Shown here piece by piece: positions 26,377-38,314 of a DNA stretch of 64,000 nucleotides (its first letter is position 1; the number at the start of each line of letters is the position of its first letter). The stretch is taken from assembly GCA_000182565.2 (NCBI GenBank), contig KQ257458.1; one strand, 5' to 3'. Below the pieces are notes generated by a model. That model made no database searches. It saw only the letters and a list, made by a program, of their open reading frames with translations, and had not been told where the DNA came from. The DNA comes from Spizellomyces punctatus DAOM BR117 (Eukaryota). Position numbers and translations under genes: made by a program.

Positions 26377-28215
26377 CTATCTATCTACTAAGGACAATAT
26401 CCATCGATCCCACAATGTCTCAAACTTCACCATAGCCTCTGCTTTCTCCTGCTGTCCCATGCCAGCATAGGTAATTCCATTGGAAGCAAGCTTCTTCAGG
26501 GAAGCAAGATCCAATGACTCAAATGCCATGTAGACTGACGTGAGGGAAAGGAAGTTAAGGTGAGGGAGAGGAATTTAAGGTGAGTAGTATATGCTGAGAA
26601 CATACCAGGACCCACTCACTCACCTTGATAGTAGTCGTAAGAAACACCTTCATATCCAAAAACCCCAGGATCATCCGATGCCAATGACACCTGTACTCCC
26701 TTCAGTAACAAATCAATCATCGGATGGCCACGGAGATCTCCAATATAGCCAAGGAGTTGGTTGGAAATCGGGGCAACCTCCACCGCAATGTCGCTGTTGA
26801 TGAACTTCTCAATTAGTCCCGGATGGTGGGAAAGCGAGAAGGCATGTCCAACGCGCTTGGTGTTGAGGAGATAGGCATCGTAGAGATTTGTATCTGGGGG
26901 AACTCCAGAGCGCGTCGTTTCGCCGGCATGGAAGATGAAGGGAAGACTGGTGGACTGCTCTGATGCGCTTGCTTGAGCTTTTCGCAGGGTATCGACCAGT
27001 GGTCTGAGTGCGGATGTCTATAAAGGAGGTTAATTAGTTGAGAGCATAATCCGCTCATCCACGAAATCTACGAATTCCAACCTCTTCGTGCCCGACGAGA
27101 TCATATCCAATGATCTGATCGCCATGAGTTTTTCGCAATTCAATAGCGTGCATCAGTGAATTTTCAATATCAACTGTCGGGTTAAATCGCAGGTCTTGGT
27201 AAATGAATCTCAAGTCTTGGAAATGCGGATGGTCCTTTCTGAACTTGTCTACAATGTCCCGAACACTGTCCAGCACGCTCGAGAAGTTGCGGCGTGTTCC
27301 ATCTAGATGATAGGTCTCCCATCTTGAAGAACGGAGTTCAATGTAAGTGAGCCCATCATTGTGATATTGTTCTAGTAGCCGAGTGATATATGCCTCAAAC
27401 ATCGGTTGATATTGGATCAGCGACCCCAATGTGTCAAAAACGAGGTCAAATTTAGCCCACGCTTTTTCCTCGGTGGGGTACTCACTAGCATGTATTTCCG
27501 CTGATTAGAGAGATGGTGGAAGAACAGAGTCGCGAAAACTCACTTTGAGATAACGCTATTTTGGTGTTCGACGAATGCATCAAATGCAGAGGGTCCACCT
27601 GGGAAGGAGCTACGAGCATGTTGACAAGAAGCCCATTCATCACGGGGTAATTGTGTGGACGAGAAATTGAAAAGAGGTAATTGGATACTTGCATTACCCC
27701 TTTCGTCAAAGGTGGGGTAAACTCTGTTCACAAATCTGGGAGCGAGCGACGATCATTAGTTTTCGACCTCAGACATTTAAAAGGCTATCTGATACTCACT
27801 TTAAATAGCAGTTTCCGATATCCTCAGCTGCTGTTTTCACTATCCACTTGATGTCCAGCATGGCTTCCAAATGCCCGTGCAAAAAACCGCCCTTTGGCAT
27901 AGACCTGATGACTTTGAATAATTCTGTGCTGTCTATCACAGGCTTGGCGAGTGAGAAGTGTAAGGCAGGGGGAAATTGACTTTGAGCTTTCAATGCCGTG
28001 GTCTCTTTTTCGCGAAGAGCATGAAGGTAAGCATTCGCCTTCTTATCCATGTCTGATAGGACAATGTCATTATCAAAACGATTTGCGGAATCATAAAGGA
28101 CCAGTTGGTTTCGTTGCACTGTGTAGGTGGGATCGGGTGATCTTGCAATAGGGGCCGCTATGACAGGCGCAATTAGGAAAGTGAAATACGCTAGAATTCT
28201 GTATATTGGTGCCAT
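26377..28215 (-). CDS. ADA2: Secreted adenosine deaminase 2 / ADGF (CECR1-like), multi-exon
   Basis: Signal-peptide-like MAPIYRILAYFTFLIAPVIAA; MPKGGFLHGH, YIELR, GYDLVGHEE, FHAGET, KRVGHA, EVAPISNQLLG, SDDP. Confidence 0.92.
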
Positions 28216-29126
28216 ATTGACATATAGATTATAGGTGGGGAAATCAGCAGAGTCCTCCAATCCCCATTGGGGGGGGATGTGGAGAAGCACACTGCAAAGG
28301 AGAAGCGATGATGAGCTCATGCCCATGGCTTGCATGGCTTTGCAAAGCCTCGATTTCACACGTGGCAAATATCGCGCGCCCTCCGAAGCGAACGGACGAC
28401 GAAAGGGCAGTGCAGAGCAGAGCTGGAAAGCGATAAACATACTTGCTACTGGAGTGAATCAAGCAGCCTTAAGCCGATATTTTATGGATCTTGGCTGAGG
28501 TGATTACTGCGGTCGTTCCATTTGCATAAATTCTATGAGATGCTTCCGTTGGCAAAGAAAGTATAATAATAGTGACTTTGTGGGCCGTAGCGACTATAAG
28601 CCAAGATTGGCGGAGCAGGCGGTGAGGAGGAAGCGGAAGCGAACGCAAATCCAACCTTTTATGCGTCAGAAACTGCACCCTTTGATAATGAGATCCGACT
28701 GGAATTTATGCAACAAAAGCTTCAAGGACATTCGAAATTATGTACTCTACAGTCAGCAATATCTGCTCTGTGTACGTTTCGAGCATCCCAATTACGGATC
28801 ATGAGTGAAAATAAACGAAAAAACAAAAACAAAATGTCCAGAACTTGACGTCTGCAAGCAAACTTCTTTACTTGCTGTGCCACGCAATGTCCGACAGACG
28901 TCCGAAATCCCTCCTTCCCCTGGTGGATTGCTTCGGTTAGCAAATACGTTTTATCAAAACAATCGGCGATTTCGATCTCGGCCTCGTACCTCCACATTGT
29001 TTGATTCTTGATAGAATAGCTACCGACTGCTGCACAAGGTCTTCTGACCCGTATCTTTCTTCGCTGCCCTCAATTTAGAACATCAAAAGTTTTCGTTTTC
29101 CCCGTTGACTAGTGTTGGCCAAGCCC

Positions 29127-31471
29127 ATGTCAACATCCAAACCTGATTCATCAGAGTCTTCAGCAACACCAACGAACAAAGGATGGAATTTGGATGCGCC
29201 ATCCTATGTTCCTGACAACTCGGCGCTCGCGCAGACACCGGCGACGGACCCCAGACGGGGCCATCATGGTGGCGGCCAAAGTGGTCGTGGCCGAGGGAGA
29301 GGTCAGCGAGGACGAGGGAATTTTCGCGGCAGGTCCGCATATAAGGGTGGGTCAGGCTATGGATATGAATATCCGTGGCAACCAAGGGTATACTATGGGG
29401 AAGAGGGATATGTGCATTATGGGAGCCCAGACGCAAGAAGATATCATACTGATGCCGTTTTGCTTGCCGGAGGAGACCCTGGATATGGTGGCGACGGGGG
29501 AGTAGGTGCGCTGTCTGACCTTTTGTAATTTTATTGCCTCACCAAAGCTCGCTAATCAATCATACAGGCTACACAGAAGGGTATTCGTACATCAACCCAG
29601 GTCCGGACAACGTAAGTCTACCGTCATACCAGAGCCAAGATTTTGCAGATCGGTCGCTGTCGTCCGATACAGAGCGCGACAATGAAACGGATAAAGCAGA
29701 ATCTTTGGCAGATTCAGTCATAACGTCCTCCACGTATACCGATGCGACATCGAGCTCCTTTGTTGAATCGCTCATCACCCAATCCTCTCGAGGAAGTGGG
29801 TACAGGAATCTGAATCAGCAGCATCGTCTAGGCGGACAGGCCTCCTTGAGACAGCAAGCTTCGATGAACTCTGAGGAACGAAGATTGGAGCAGCGGCAAA
29901 AGCAGATAGACTATGGCAAGAATACGGTAGGATATAAGCGATATATTGCGATGGTGCCAAAGTGAGTGACAAGATTGGTCCGGCTACCTAATTACACCAA
30001 TATTTGTGCTCATCAGTTTTGTCACAAGGCACAAGCGTAAGAGAGGGGATCCGGAGACGCCAAAGAAACACGCCAAATGCAGCAAGAGATGTTGGGATGG
30101 TTTGATAAGACATTGGCGGAGAAAGCTGCATGAATGGGACCCACCAGAAATGAAGGAACAGGGGCTATCGGATCTTGAGTTCTCGGATATTATCAAGGAA
30201 TCTGTCCGGACAACCACTGATCAGCTAGAGGAGAACTTGAAGCACCCAACGGAACTAGCTGACTGGACTTTTCCTCCCGTGACGAAGGAACCTTTGCGTG
30301 TGAAACCCACTCCGCTAGGCGAAAGTCTGAAACAGCCGCAAGCGGCCAGGTACAGATCGACACGTTTATAGAATTGCGTCTAGGATTTGACATCCCATTG
30401 CATGATGAAATAGGAACCTAGGCTTCGGGTCCACACCACCTCCAACAGAGCCTCTTCGGCCACTTTGGGACCAGTTTTCGATAGATGAGCTGGATCAAAA
30501 GTTTGCATCTAAATTAAGACCTTGGGAGACGTTCGAGGGCTTCGGTCCAAGTCCAACCCGCCGGACAACAAAGCGCGGAGATGATCCTTTATCGTGGGCG
30601 GAATTTTCCATTGACGAATTGGACGAGAAGTTTGGTCATAAGTTGCGCATATCCGAAGCAATTGATTTAACATACAGGTGAGGAGTTACGGTTCTTGTTT
30701 TATGGACGATGATGCTAACCGAACTGGAATCACCAAGTCCATTAAATAACTCGACGAGCTCACCTTTCACCCCTTCCCCTCGATCTAAGCTCGCTCCGAT
30801 TGGGTATGTTCAAAAGTGGATATCAGTTTAGACATATAAGGCAGCGCGGTAATTTTATCCTCGCCCTAGTCGACCGACCCCGGTGAAGAGATTGAACCCT
30901 ATGGCAGCTAGTTTTGATGTGCTTGGCGCGTCACCGATCAGCAGGTACATTGTTGAGATTATTTTGCCCAATTCATTAAGCCGCGTCGAGCTTTATCTCT
31001 TACTTTTTTGATGGATTCCGGCTTACAGCGATACCCATCATACCGGGGACTCGTCGGTAACACCTAGAACACATAGATCCAACAGTATCGGGTGCGTTCT
31101 TTTTTGGGGTCTCTACATTTGATTCGGCATTACCGACGCCTCACATTTCTACCAGTTTCTCATATTCGGATCCCCGGCGATTGCACAACCACCAAATGGA
31201 GGGCTCTGCAAGCCCTCTAAGTCTGTACGAGGAAGAAGATTCTGTTATGGTCATATACGATCCAGCCGCGTCATCATCGGTTCCCTCCTTGACGTCATCT
31301 ACGCTACCCTCCCGGGCGGCAAGTCCTTCCAGGACTGCGATGGGAAGAGAAGCAACACCGCAGTCGCTTTGGGGGAATGGGAGTCCTAACAAGGGGTCTC
31401 CAGGAATTGGGCGAGTGGGCGCAGGAGTAGGAGAGGTGGGTGGCGGGACTCTCTTAGATGGCGTCTGGTAA
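29127..31471 (+). CDS. SLBP: Histone RNA stem-loop binding protein (SLBP-domain protein), ~8 exons
   Basis: RRLEQRQKQIDYGKNTVGYKRYIAMVPK|HKRKRGDPETPKKHAKCSKRCWDGLIRHWRRKLHEWDPP matches the SLBP RNA-binding domain; downstream exon joins checked through the LNPMAASF exon stay in frame; last exon ends TAA 31471. Confidence 0.9.
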
Positions 31472-31909
31472 GAAAAAATGGCCGAATCTTTGGTTGGCTT
31501 GTTTTCAGCTGTTGCCAAAAGTCGGAGGTGCTTGGCGCCTCTTGTGTGTATTTAACCTCTGTGCCCACAGCATGACAATTGAAATAAAAGTTCTGTCGTG
31601 TCTAACTCGTCATGGAGACATTAGTACTAAGGCCAGAAGTTTCCAATGAATTCGCCACCACATTGTCATTGTTTTAGGATTACTATGTTGTGCTATTTCA
31701 AGAAAGTATTATATATACAGTTAAGACCGACACCATTCTCAGCCGTCTCCACCAAAGATCGTCTGTCAGAGATCTTCTTTGTCCAGCAGACCTCAGGACG
31801 AACTAGTGTTCAACCATCGCTCAAATCAAGATCCGCCAGCCTCTTTTTTATCTCATCAAGGTTTCTAACGGAGCCCTCTGCGGTACCACTACAACACCAC
31901 CAATAAGCT

Positions 31910-32244
31910 TCAGCGAGCTTCGAATTGTACCACTGGAAGAAAAAAAAAACGAAATCTCAGTCAGAATCCGCTTGTGATCCAATTTCGACTGACTCAGACT
32001 TGGTTTACTTACTTCTCTTTGTGCGCTTCTTGTACATGATTCGGTATCCGCATTCTTTACAGCGAATGGGTTCTCGGGGTTTTATGGTGTTGTCTTTCCC
32101 GCATTCTGGGGTGTCCGTTGGGTGAGCCAACAAAATGGGGAGCCCCAATTGCTACTGCAGATATGGCTACTCACCACCGCATGTGTAGGTAACCTCGACT
32201 CGTGGGGGCTCGAGTCCTCTTTGGAAGCCTTGCTGTCCGTCCAT
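31910..32244 (-). CDS. RPB12: RNA polymerases I/II/III shared subunit Rpb12 (RPABC4), 3 exons; absent from the ORF track
   Basis: [61 protein letters not shown]. Confidence 0.97.
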
Positions 32245-32316
32245 CGTTCTGGACTGTCTCCTCCGAAGCTTGGTCTTTTGGAATTTGTAGACTGAAAGTG
32301 GTTCATAATCTAGCCT

Positions 32317-32330
32317 GTTGTCATGGCAAC
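32317..32330. promoter_or_regulatory. X-box (RFX)-like palindrome GTTGTCATGGCAAC in the RPB12/RRP45 bidirectional promoter
   Basis: 13/14 match to GTTGCCATGGCAAC, centred between divergent start codons at 32244 and 32397. Confidence 0.5.
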
Positions 32331-32396
32331 AACTGACACCTGGGAGCGACTTGCGATGGGTATTGAAGTGATCTAGGTTAAGAGGAACTTGACAAA

Positions 32397-33583
32397 ATGG
32401 TCAAAGACACACAGCCAAGTAACAACGAAAGGAACTTTATACTGCAAGCTCTAGATCAAGGATTACGGATAGATGGGCGGGGACCACATGATGTGAGAAA
32501 AATCTCGATTTCATTAGGACCCCAGTTTGGGCATTCTGAAGTTCGTTTGGGAAAGACACGGTGAGATATGATGTGTCTGCGAACCTGTTCAAGAGACTAG
32601 GACCTTGATGCTCATTTGGAGTGGTTTATTTGAGACCTCAGAGTGACTGCAAATGTTTCGTGTGAGATTGTGCGACCACGTCCAAGTAACCCGACAGAGG
32701 GACTGGTCCAGTTCACCACCGACTTTTCACCCATGGCTTCTCCCGCGTTTGAGGAGGGAAGGTACGAATTGAGAAGTGGAGGGATTAGCGTCGTGGTGTG
32801 TAAAATGTACGCTGACTTGGGGTTGTCAGTCTATCAGAAGAAGACGTTCTTGTGAGCCGACTGTTGGAGAAGGCGCTGAAGCAGAGTCGAGCCATTGATA
32901 CCGAAGGACTTTGCATTGTTGCGGGGGAGAAAGTGTGGCAGTTGAGGGTGGATCTCCGCGTCTTGGATCACGAGGGAAACATTATCGATTGTGCTTGTGT
33001 TGCAGCCATTGCAGCACTGCAGCATTTCAAACGACCGGATGTCACGGTTATCGGCGATGACGTTACCATTGTGAGTTGCCAACCGATGTATTTGCCTATC
33101 ATTGTTATCTGACTGAACTTGCCTGGGCCTTCACGTAGCATACAATTGAAGAACGAAGTGGCATTCCTCTGAGTGTGCATCACATACCGATATGTGTTAC
33201 CTTTGCATTTTTTGCCAATGGGTACGGATCGATTGATTATTCGCCCAGAAGGGGTAATACTTACCATGTTATCCCACAGAGAACGACAGGTAGCGGATCC
33301 CTCATTGCTCGAGGAACAGGTTCGGGAAGGCGACATGACTTTTGTTATAAACAAACATCGCGAGATTTGCACTTTGTCAAAAGCCGGGGGAATACCAATT
33401 ACTGTAGAGCAGGTCTTGCACTGTGCTAATATTGCTACGGCGAAATCAGAGGAAATAACAGCGTTGATTCAGGAGGCTTTGGCGAGGGTGAGTTAACCAC
33501 ATATGCCAGTGAACACATGTAATAATACTTACCATACCATGTTTCCCGGTTATCAGCACAACGAAAGCATTGAAAGCGTATAA
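32397..33583 (+). CDS. RRP45: Exosome core subunit Rrp45/EXOSC9, multi-exon
   Basis: MVKDTQPSNNERNFILQALDQGLRIDGR, FSPMASPAFEEGR, SRAIDTEGLCIVAGEKVWQLRVDLRVLDHEGNIID, HFKRPDVTV, PLSVHHIPICVTF. Confidence 0.96.
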
Positions 33584-33830
33584 TAAATTTACAAATAATG
33601 TGCAAACAGAGGCTGTTGGAATACACTCCTCTAATGTAATTATCGCAATAGGCGAGCCGCTTTGTACATTTCCTTTGCATATTTCTTGTTATACAGAATA
33701 TCGTAAACAAATGAACTTTGCTGTGCCTCTGTAATTTAGCCTTTTAGAGATGCCAGTACGGACGCTTCAAACGCGATCAACAAACTTGGGCTGCACACAA
33801 TCTTCCAGGTTATTAGCGGGGGCTGCAGGC

Positions 33831-36800
33831 ATGACGGTTGAAAATGAGGAAAGGAGGTCAAAGCTCTCCAAGACGGATTCAGACCTTAGCGACAAGCCAC
33901 TACGCACTCCTGGCTCGGGAGGCGGGTTCTCTACTGCAACGCCGATTTCTTTTGACCGCTCCACATTCTCTGGAGCCACGTTTTCCCCCGAGGACTTCTT
34001 GGCAGACCGACGTCACATTGCCCTAGATCAGCTCAAAACCGAGCTCCAGCAAGCTTTGAGGGACCTGAAGGCGGAGCTGGTGGAACTCATAAACCTCGAC
34101 TATGCCGACTTTATAAACTTGTCGACCAAACTGGTGGGCGTCGATAAGATCATAGCTGACATTAGCCAGCCATTGGAGAAGATAAATACGGAGGTGCAGG
34201 TGTGTACGAAAGCTTGGATACAGTGGTGTGCTCGCTTGGTAATCATGTCTCCAAGTCCGTGTATGATGCCCTCTCCACAGTTATAAATGAGCTCGAGACG
34301 GAACTCGATAAACGTGCGTCCATTCGGGAGAAGAAGGTACGTCCCATATTACGAAATCGTGTCAACCGACATCATGCATGAACCCGTTGCTTCAAGTAGG
34401 GGTATCTCCAACTTTTTGTCAGTATACATGATTCTATTGGAAAATTGGACGCCTTGCTTAATGTGGCGGAGGGAAACAAATATGTCAGTGACTTTGAAGG
34501 GGACAACGGGTAAGTATGCTGTTTCCAGAATGAGCGAGTCTTTGCTTGTCAACTAACTCATTGATAGGTCAACGGAAAAATCCTTTGGGGACGGAAAGCT
34601 CATAGAAAGGGTTGCCAACGAATACACCCAACTGCGGTATTTAATTTCTCGAGCCGATAACAAGCCATTCGTTCAGCAAATACAAAAGGTACATACTAAT
34701 ATTAGTCAGTGGGGCATGAGTTCAGTTATTCCCTTGGTGGAGCAGTGTGTTGACCTATGCCTGTGCGTCCATGACAGCGAATTACGCGGATAAAAGATAC
34801 CCTGACTTCGAGTTTATCACGTTCTTTGACAACATCTTACTCTGCCGTCATGAAAAATGGGGAGAATCCTTCGACCCACGCCGCCCTTTCTCAAATTCTT
34901 CGTACGTACGTCACGATTGACAAAGTTGACGAAGCCCAGAACATCTTCAAGGAGACTGTTATGCGACCATTTTTGGACAAGGTGCTACCAATCCCTCATG
35001 ACCTTTCTACTCTCTTTGCGCTTACATCGCCTGCCGTGGCCTCTTTCAGAATATTTCACGCCAGGCTCTTGGGGTGGATTCAATTGCCACATCTCCGGTG
35101 ACGGACAAGAATCCCCTGCAAGACATGTACAGTAAAATTCTCGAATTTACTCGCAAAGATTGTGCCAAAGTCCTTGAAGTGACCACCAGGGCCTTCCACG
35201 GAACCAATGGAAACTTGTTGATACATGGAATCTGGGCACCAGTGATAACCACGATACTTAAGAACATCAGCTTCATCTTTAATCCCGGCATTCCTGAAGT
35301 CTTTCACAGGGTGAGATGCAAAGCAAGCATCTTTGCGCATAATCTTGGACCCTGACACCTTGTTCAGAACTACGCTACAACCATGCGATTTGTAACCGAA
35401 TTCGAGTGCTTGTGCAAAACAAGAAAGTCACTGTCGATCCTGAGGTCTCACCAATCGACTGGGGAATTCATGCGGCGTTGGCAGTTACCCGTATACTTTC
35501 AGATCAGGTGAAATAAGAAGATGGCAAATCAAGCAGGAGGCATCACTCATTGGTCTTATGTACATTGTATGCAGATTTAGAGAAATCGCAACGGACTTTG
35601 AAGAAACTGCTCTGGCAAGCTATAATTATGATGGCAACTTCACGGCCAATGACGGTATATTTGGGACCAACTATTTTCAGCAGCGTCTTTCTAACATATT
35701 TACTCATCGTGCACAGGACTAATTTTACCTCCAAGTACGGCACTTATTGTATGTATGCAATTATGCTGGGACGACTCGGTTTATCTCTGTGGGCTATCTC
35801 ATCGCTTCTGGAAGCTGACGCTGCAGGTACTTGGGCATGGTGCAAATGGTGCAACGTCTGTAGTACGAAAGACTTATTCGCTTTAACAGTTGCTAGCGCG
35901 ATATACATTGTGGGTTCGTCAAGCTCTGCAGCCAGATATTGATGTTTCGGCAATCTCATCCGACAGTCAAGATGCGGAGCAAAAGGTATATCTACGTACA
36001 TTATACAGCCTTCTCCTGCGGCAATTAGTGAATGTGATTTTTTGATCCTAGGGCTCGTCTCCGCCAACAACGGTGCGCACGGGTAGTTCATCGGGCAAGG
36101 GAGGTCCGACAAGTACTGATGCCAGCAGCGATGCGGCACTCCGAAAATTCTTGTACTTCTACAATGATATTAGAGGTATAGAAGATCAGGTAAATCATGC
36201 CGTCTTGAGCTTGCGTGAACCCTCTCTTAACCATACTCTGCAGGTTCATAAATTTTTTGACGACAGTATCAAATCGAAACTACCGGCCGCAGTCAGAGAC
36301 GACAGTATTCTCCGAGGTATGAAACCTTATCTTTGGTAGATAGTTTGGAAAACGATAATAACATGAGCGCACAGAGTCTCTTGATGCGTCCTTGTCGCCT
36401 CTAAAGGCGATTTTACCACAATTGAGCCAGCGCGTATGTAAAGTGCTGATACGCCGGTGTTCCGATCCACTGCGCAACAACATACATAGCATAACTCCGC
36501 AGTACCGCATGACAAACAAGGAGGTAACTGTCCGCTGTGTAATCTGGCAGAATTTGCATTCAGCGATGCTGATATTACGCCCACCTCAATAGCCTCCATC
36601 CCGACCGTCTCATTTCATTACGACCATATTTAAGCCATTATCATCCTTCTTTGATGATCACCGTCATCTTCTCAAGGCAACAACGATACCAGAATGGACA
36701 AGTTTTGTGATGGATGATGTTACGGGAAAGTGCGTGAGATCGCGAATTTCGACTTTCATATGGACCAAAACTTATCAATAAATCATCACGATCTATAGAT

Positions 36801-37192
36801 ACGCAAAGACCATGGGTGACGTTCTCTCCCACGTCAAAGGATTTGAGGAGTATAATCGAAAGAAGAATCTGAAGAAATCCAGTGCTTTGCCTGGGACCCT
36901 GGGAGGAGAGGAAGGAATGAGTGATGACGACAAGATTCGTTTGCAAATGTATCTGGACGTGGATCAATACGAAAAGCAGGTTTGTCGCTCATTACGGGGT
37001 TCAACGCGTCTGTACAATTGCTCATGTAACGCTGGATGCATTAGTTGATAGCGTTGGGCATTAACCCGCGAGAGCTGTCATCCTTTCGAGAGCTTTCCGA
37101 CCTGGTTGCCCCTTATAAAAATGTAAGCCATTTCTTTTTTGACGCCGTCAAGCGACGCTAATCCTCTGTAGTTGGTTGGGTCGAGAAGATGA
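33831..37192 (+). CDS. COG2: Conserved oligomeric Golgi complex subunit 2, multi-exon
   Basis: FSPEDFL..LDQLKTEL..LKAELVELINLDYADFINLSTKLVGVD; IFNPGIPEVFH; RWQLPVYFQIR; YRMTNKE; MSDDDKIRLQMYLDV. Confidence 0.94.
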
Positions 37193-37507
37193 CGAAAGTT
37201 GGTGCAATAATGGTGCCTTTCTGGATCAGATCAATTTCGATGGTCCAATGGCGACACACCGGAATAGAAGCCGCAGATCTCAACAAAAGGCGTATATCGT
37301 TACTTGTGAAATAGATGAGGCTATCATCGTTACTTCCGAGCCATCTCTTCCAATAAAAAGTAACATAATGGTACAGGAATACTAGAGCTTCCCAGAACTG
37401 TTCATGTGTGAAGACTGTTATGCCGAGAATCCAATCGTCCTATACATATTTCCCATCTCTACTAGTCTCCGTTGGATATTCCCTTTGTTTATTAAGATGC
37501 TCTCTCC

Positions 37508-38199
37508 TTATTTCTTGGGGGCAGGGGTGTCCTTTTCTACTTGAGAGATGGCAAAGTTCAAGTACCTCTCGGCATCGAAGCGGTAGGAGTCAGAGTCGAT
37601 TGTGGGAACTAGGGATGATTGGAGGGATCGCAGTTAGTTTCAGTCTCGTGGTAATCTACCCCTGTGTGCACAGGGCTATGTGTCCGGTTCTCCTTGCACC
37701 CTTCCACTGAATGCTGCTTTCTTCTCTCGCGGTTCGAGCCCCCGGTGAATTTTTCCCACCCTCTTCAGTTCTCAGCCCCACCTCACACAAAGCACAACGC
37801 ATGCCATTGAAATCTCTACACACTCCTCCGTATCATTCCTGCACTGCAAAACTATGAAAACACTTACTTCCAGCCTTCTTGGCCAATACAGCCTGTTCCT
37901 TGTTGACCTGAGCTTCGTACGCAATCTTAGCCTCCTCAATCAATTCCTCGTGGTGCTTTCGGGAAGCCTCCTCCTTGCGCTGCTGCACGAAGCGGGTCAA
38001 GGACGCCTTGTGCGTGAATCCGTAGAAAACGCCAACGCCCAAAGCTCCCAAGCGAAGCAACTACATCAGAAGGAACAAAATCATGAGTTTTGAGGCATAG
38101 AAATAAGCCCCAACGCTGGGCGCGGTTCTGAGTGTAATTTGGGTCAAGCAAAAGTTCAATACGTACGTTCGCTGAGTTGATGTTGACAATGCTGGCCAT
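37508..38199 (-). CDS. TIM11: Mitochondrial ATP synthase subunit e (Tim11/Atp21), 3 exons
   Basis: MASIVNINSAN|LLRLGALGVGVFYGFTHKASL..HHEELIEEAKIAY..|IPTIDSDSYRFDAERYLNF; GxxxG transmembrane segment. Confidence 0.88.
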
Positions 38200-38306
38200 T
38201 GGTAGAGTCGTAATGAGTGGATGGAGGGAACCGTGTAAATTCGGGTTGATTGATGGGCGGTTCAACCAGTCCAACTCCCCTGTTGCCATTGGCAGCGGAA
38301 TGAAAA

Positions 38307-38314
38307 TCACGTGA
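38307..38314. promoter_or_regulatory. E-box TCACGTGA (bHLH/Cbf1-type) upstream of ATP synthase e
   Basis: Perfect palindrome ~110 nt upstream of the ATG; the same core recurs in other promoters. Confidence 0.45.

Noticed and set aside
37690-37760. tRNA gene or TPP riboswitch in the ATP synthase e intron
   Set aside because: No cloverleaf or A-box, and the conserved 3' half of a TPP aptamer is absent; kept only as a low-interest finding
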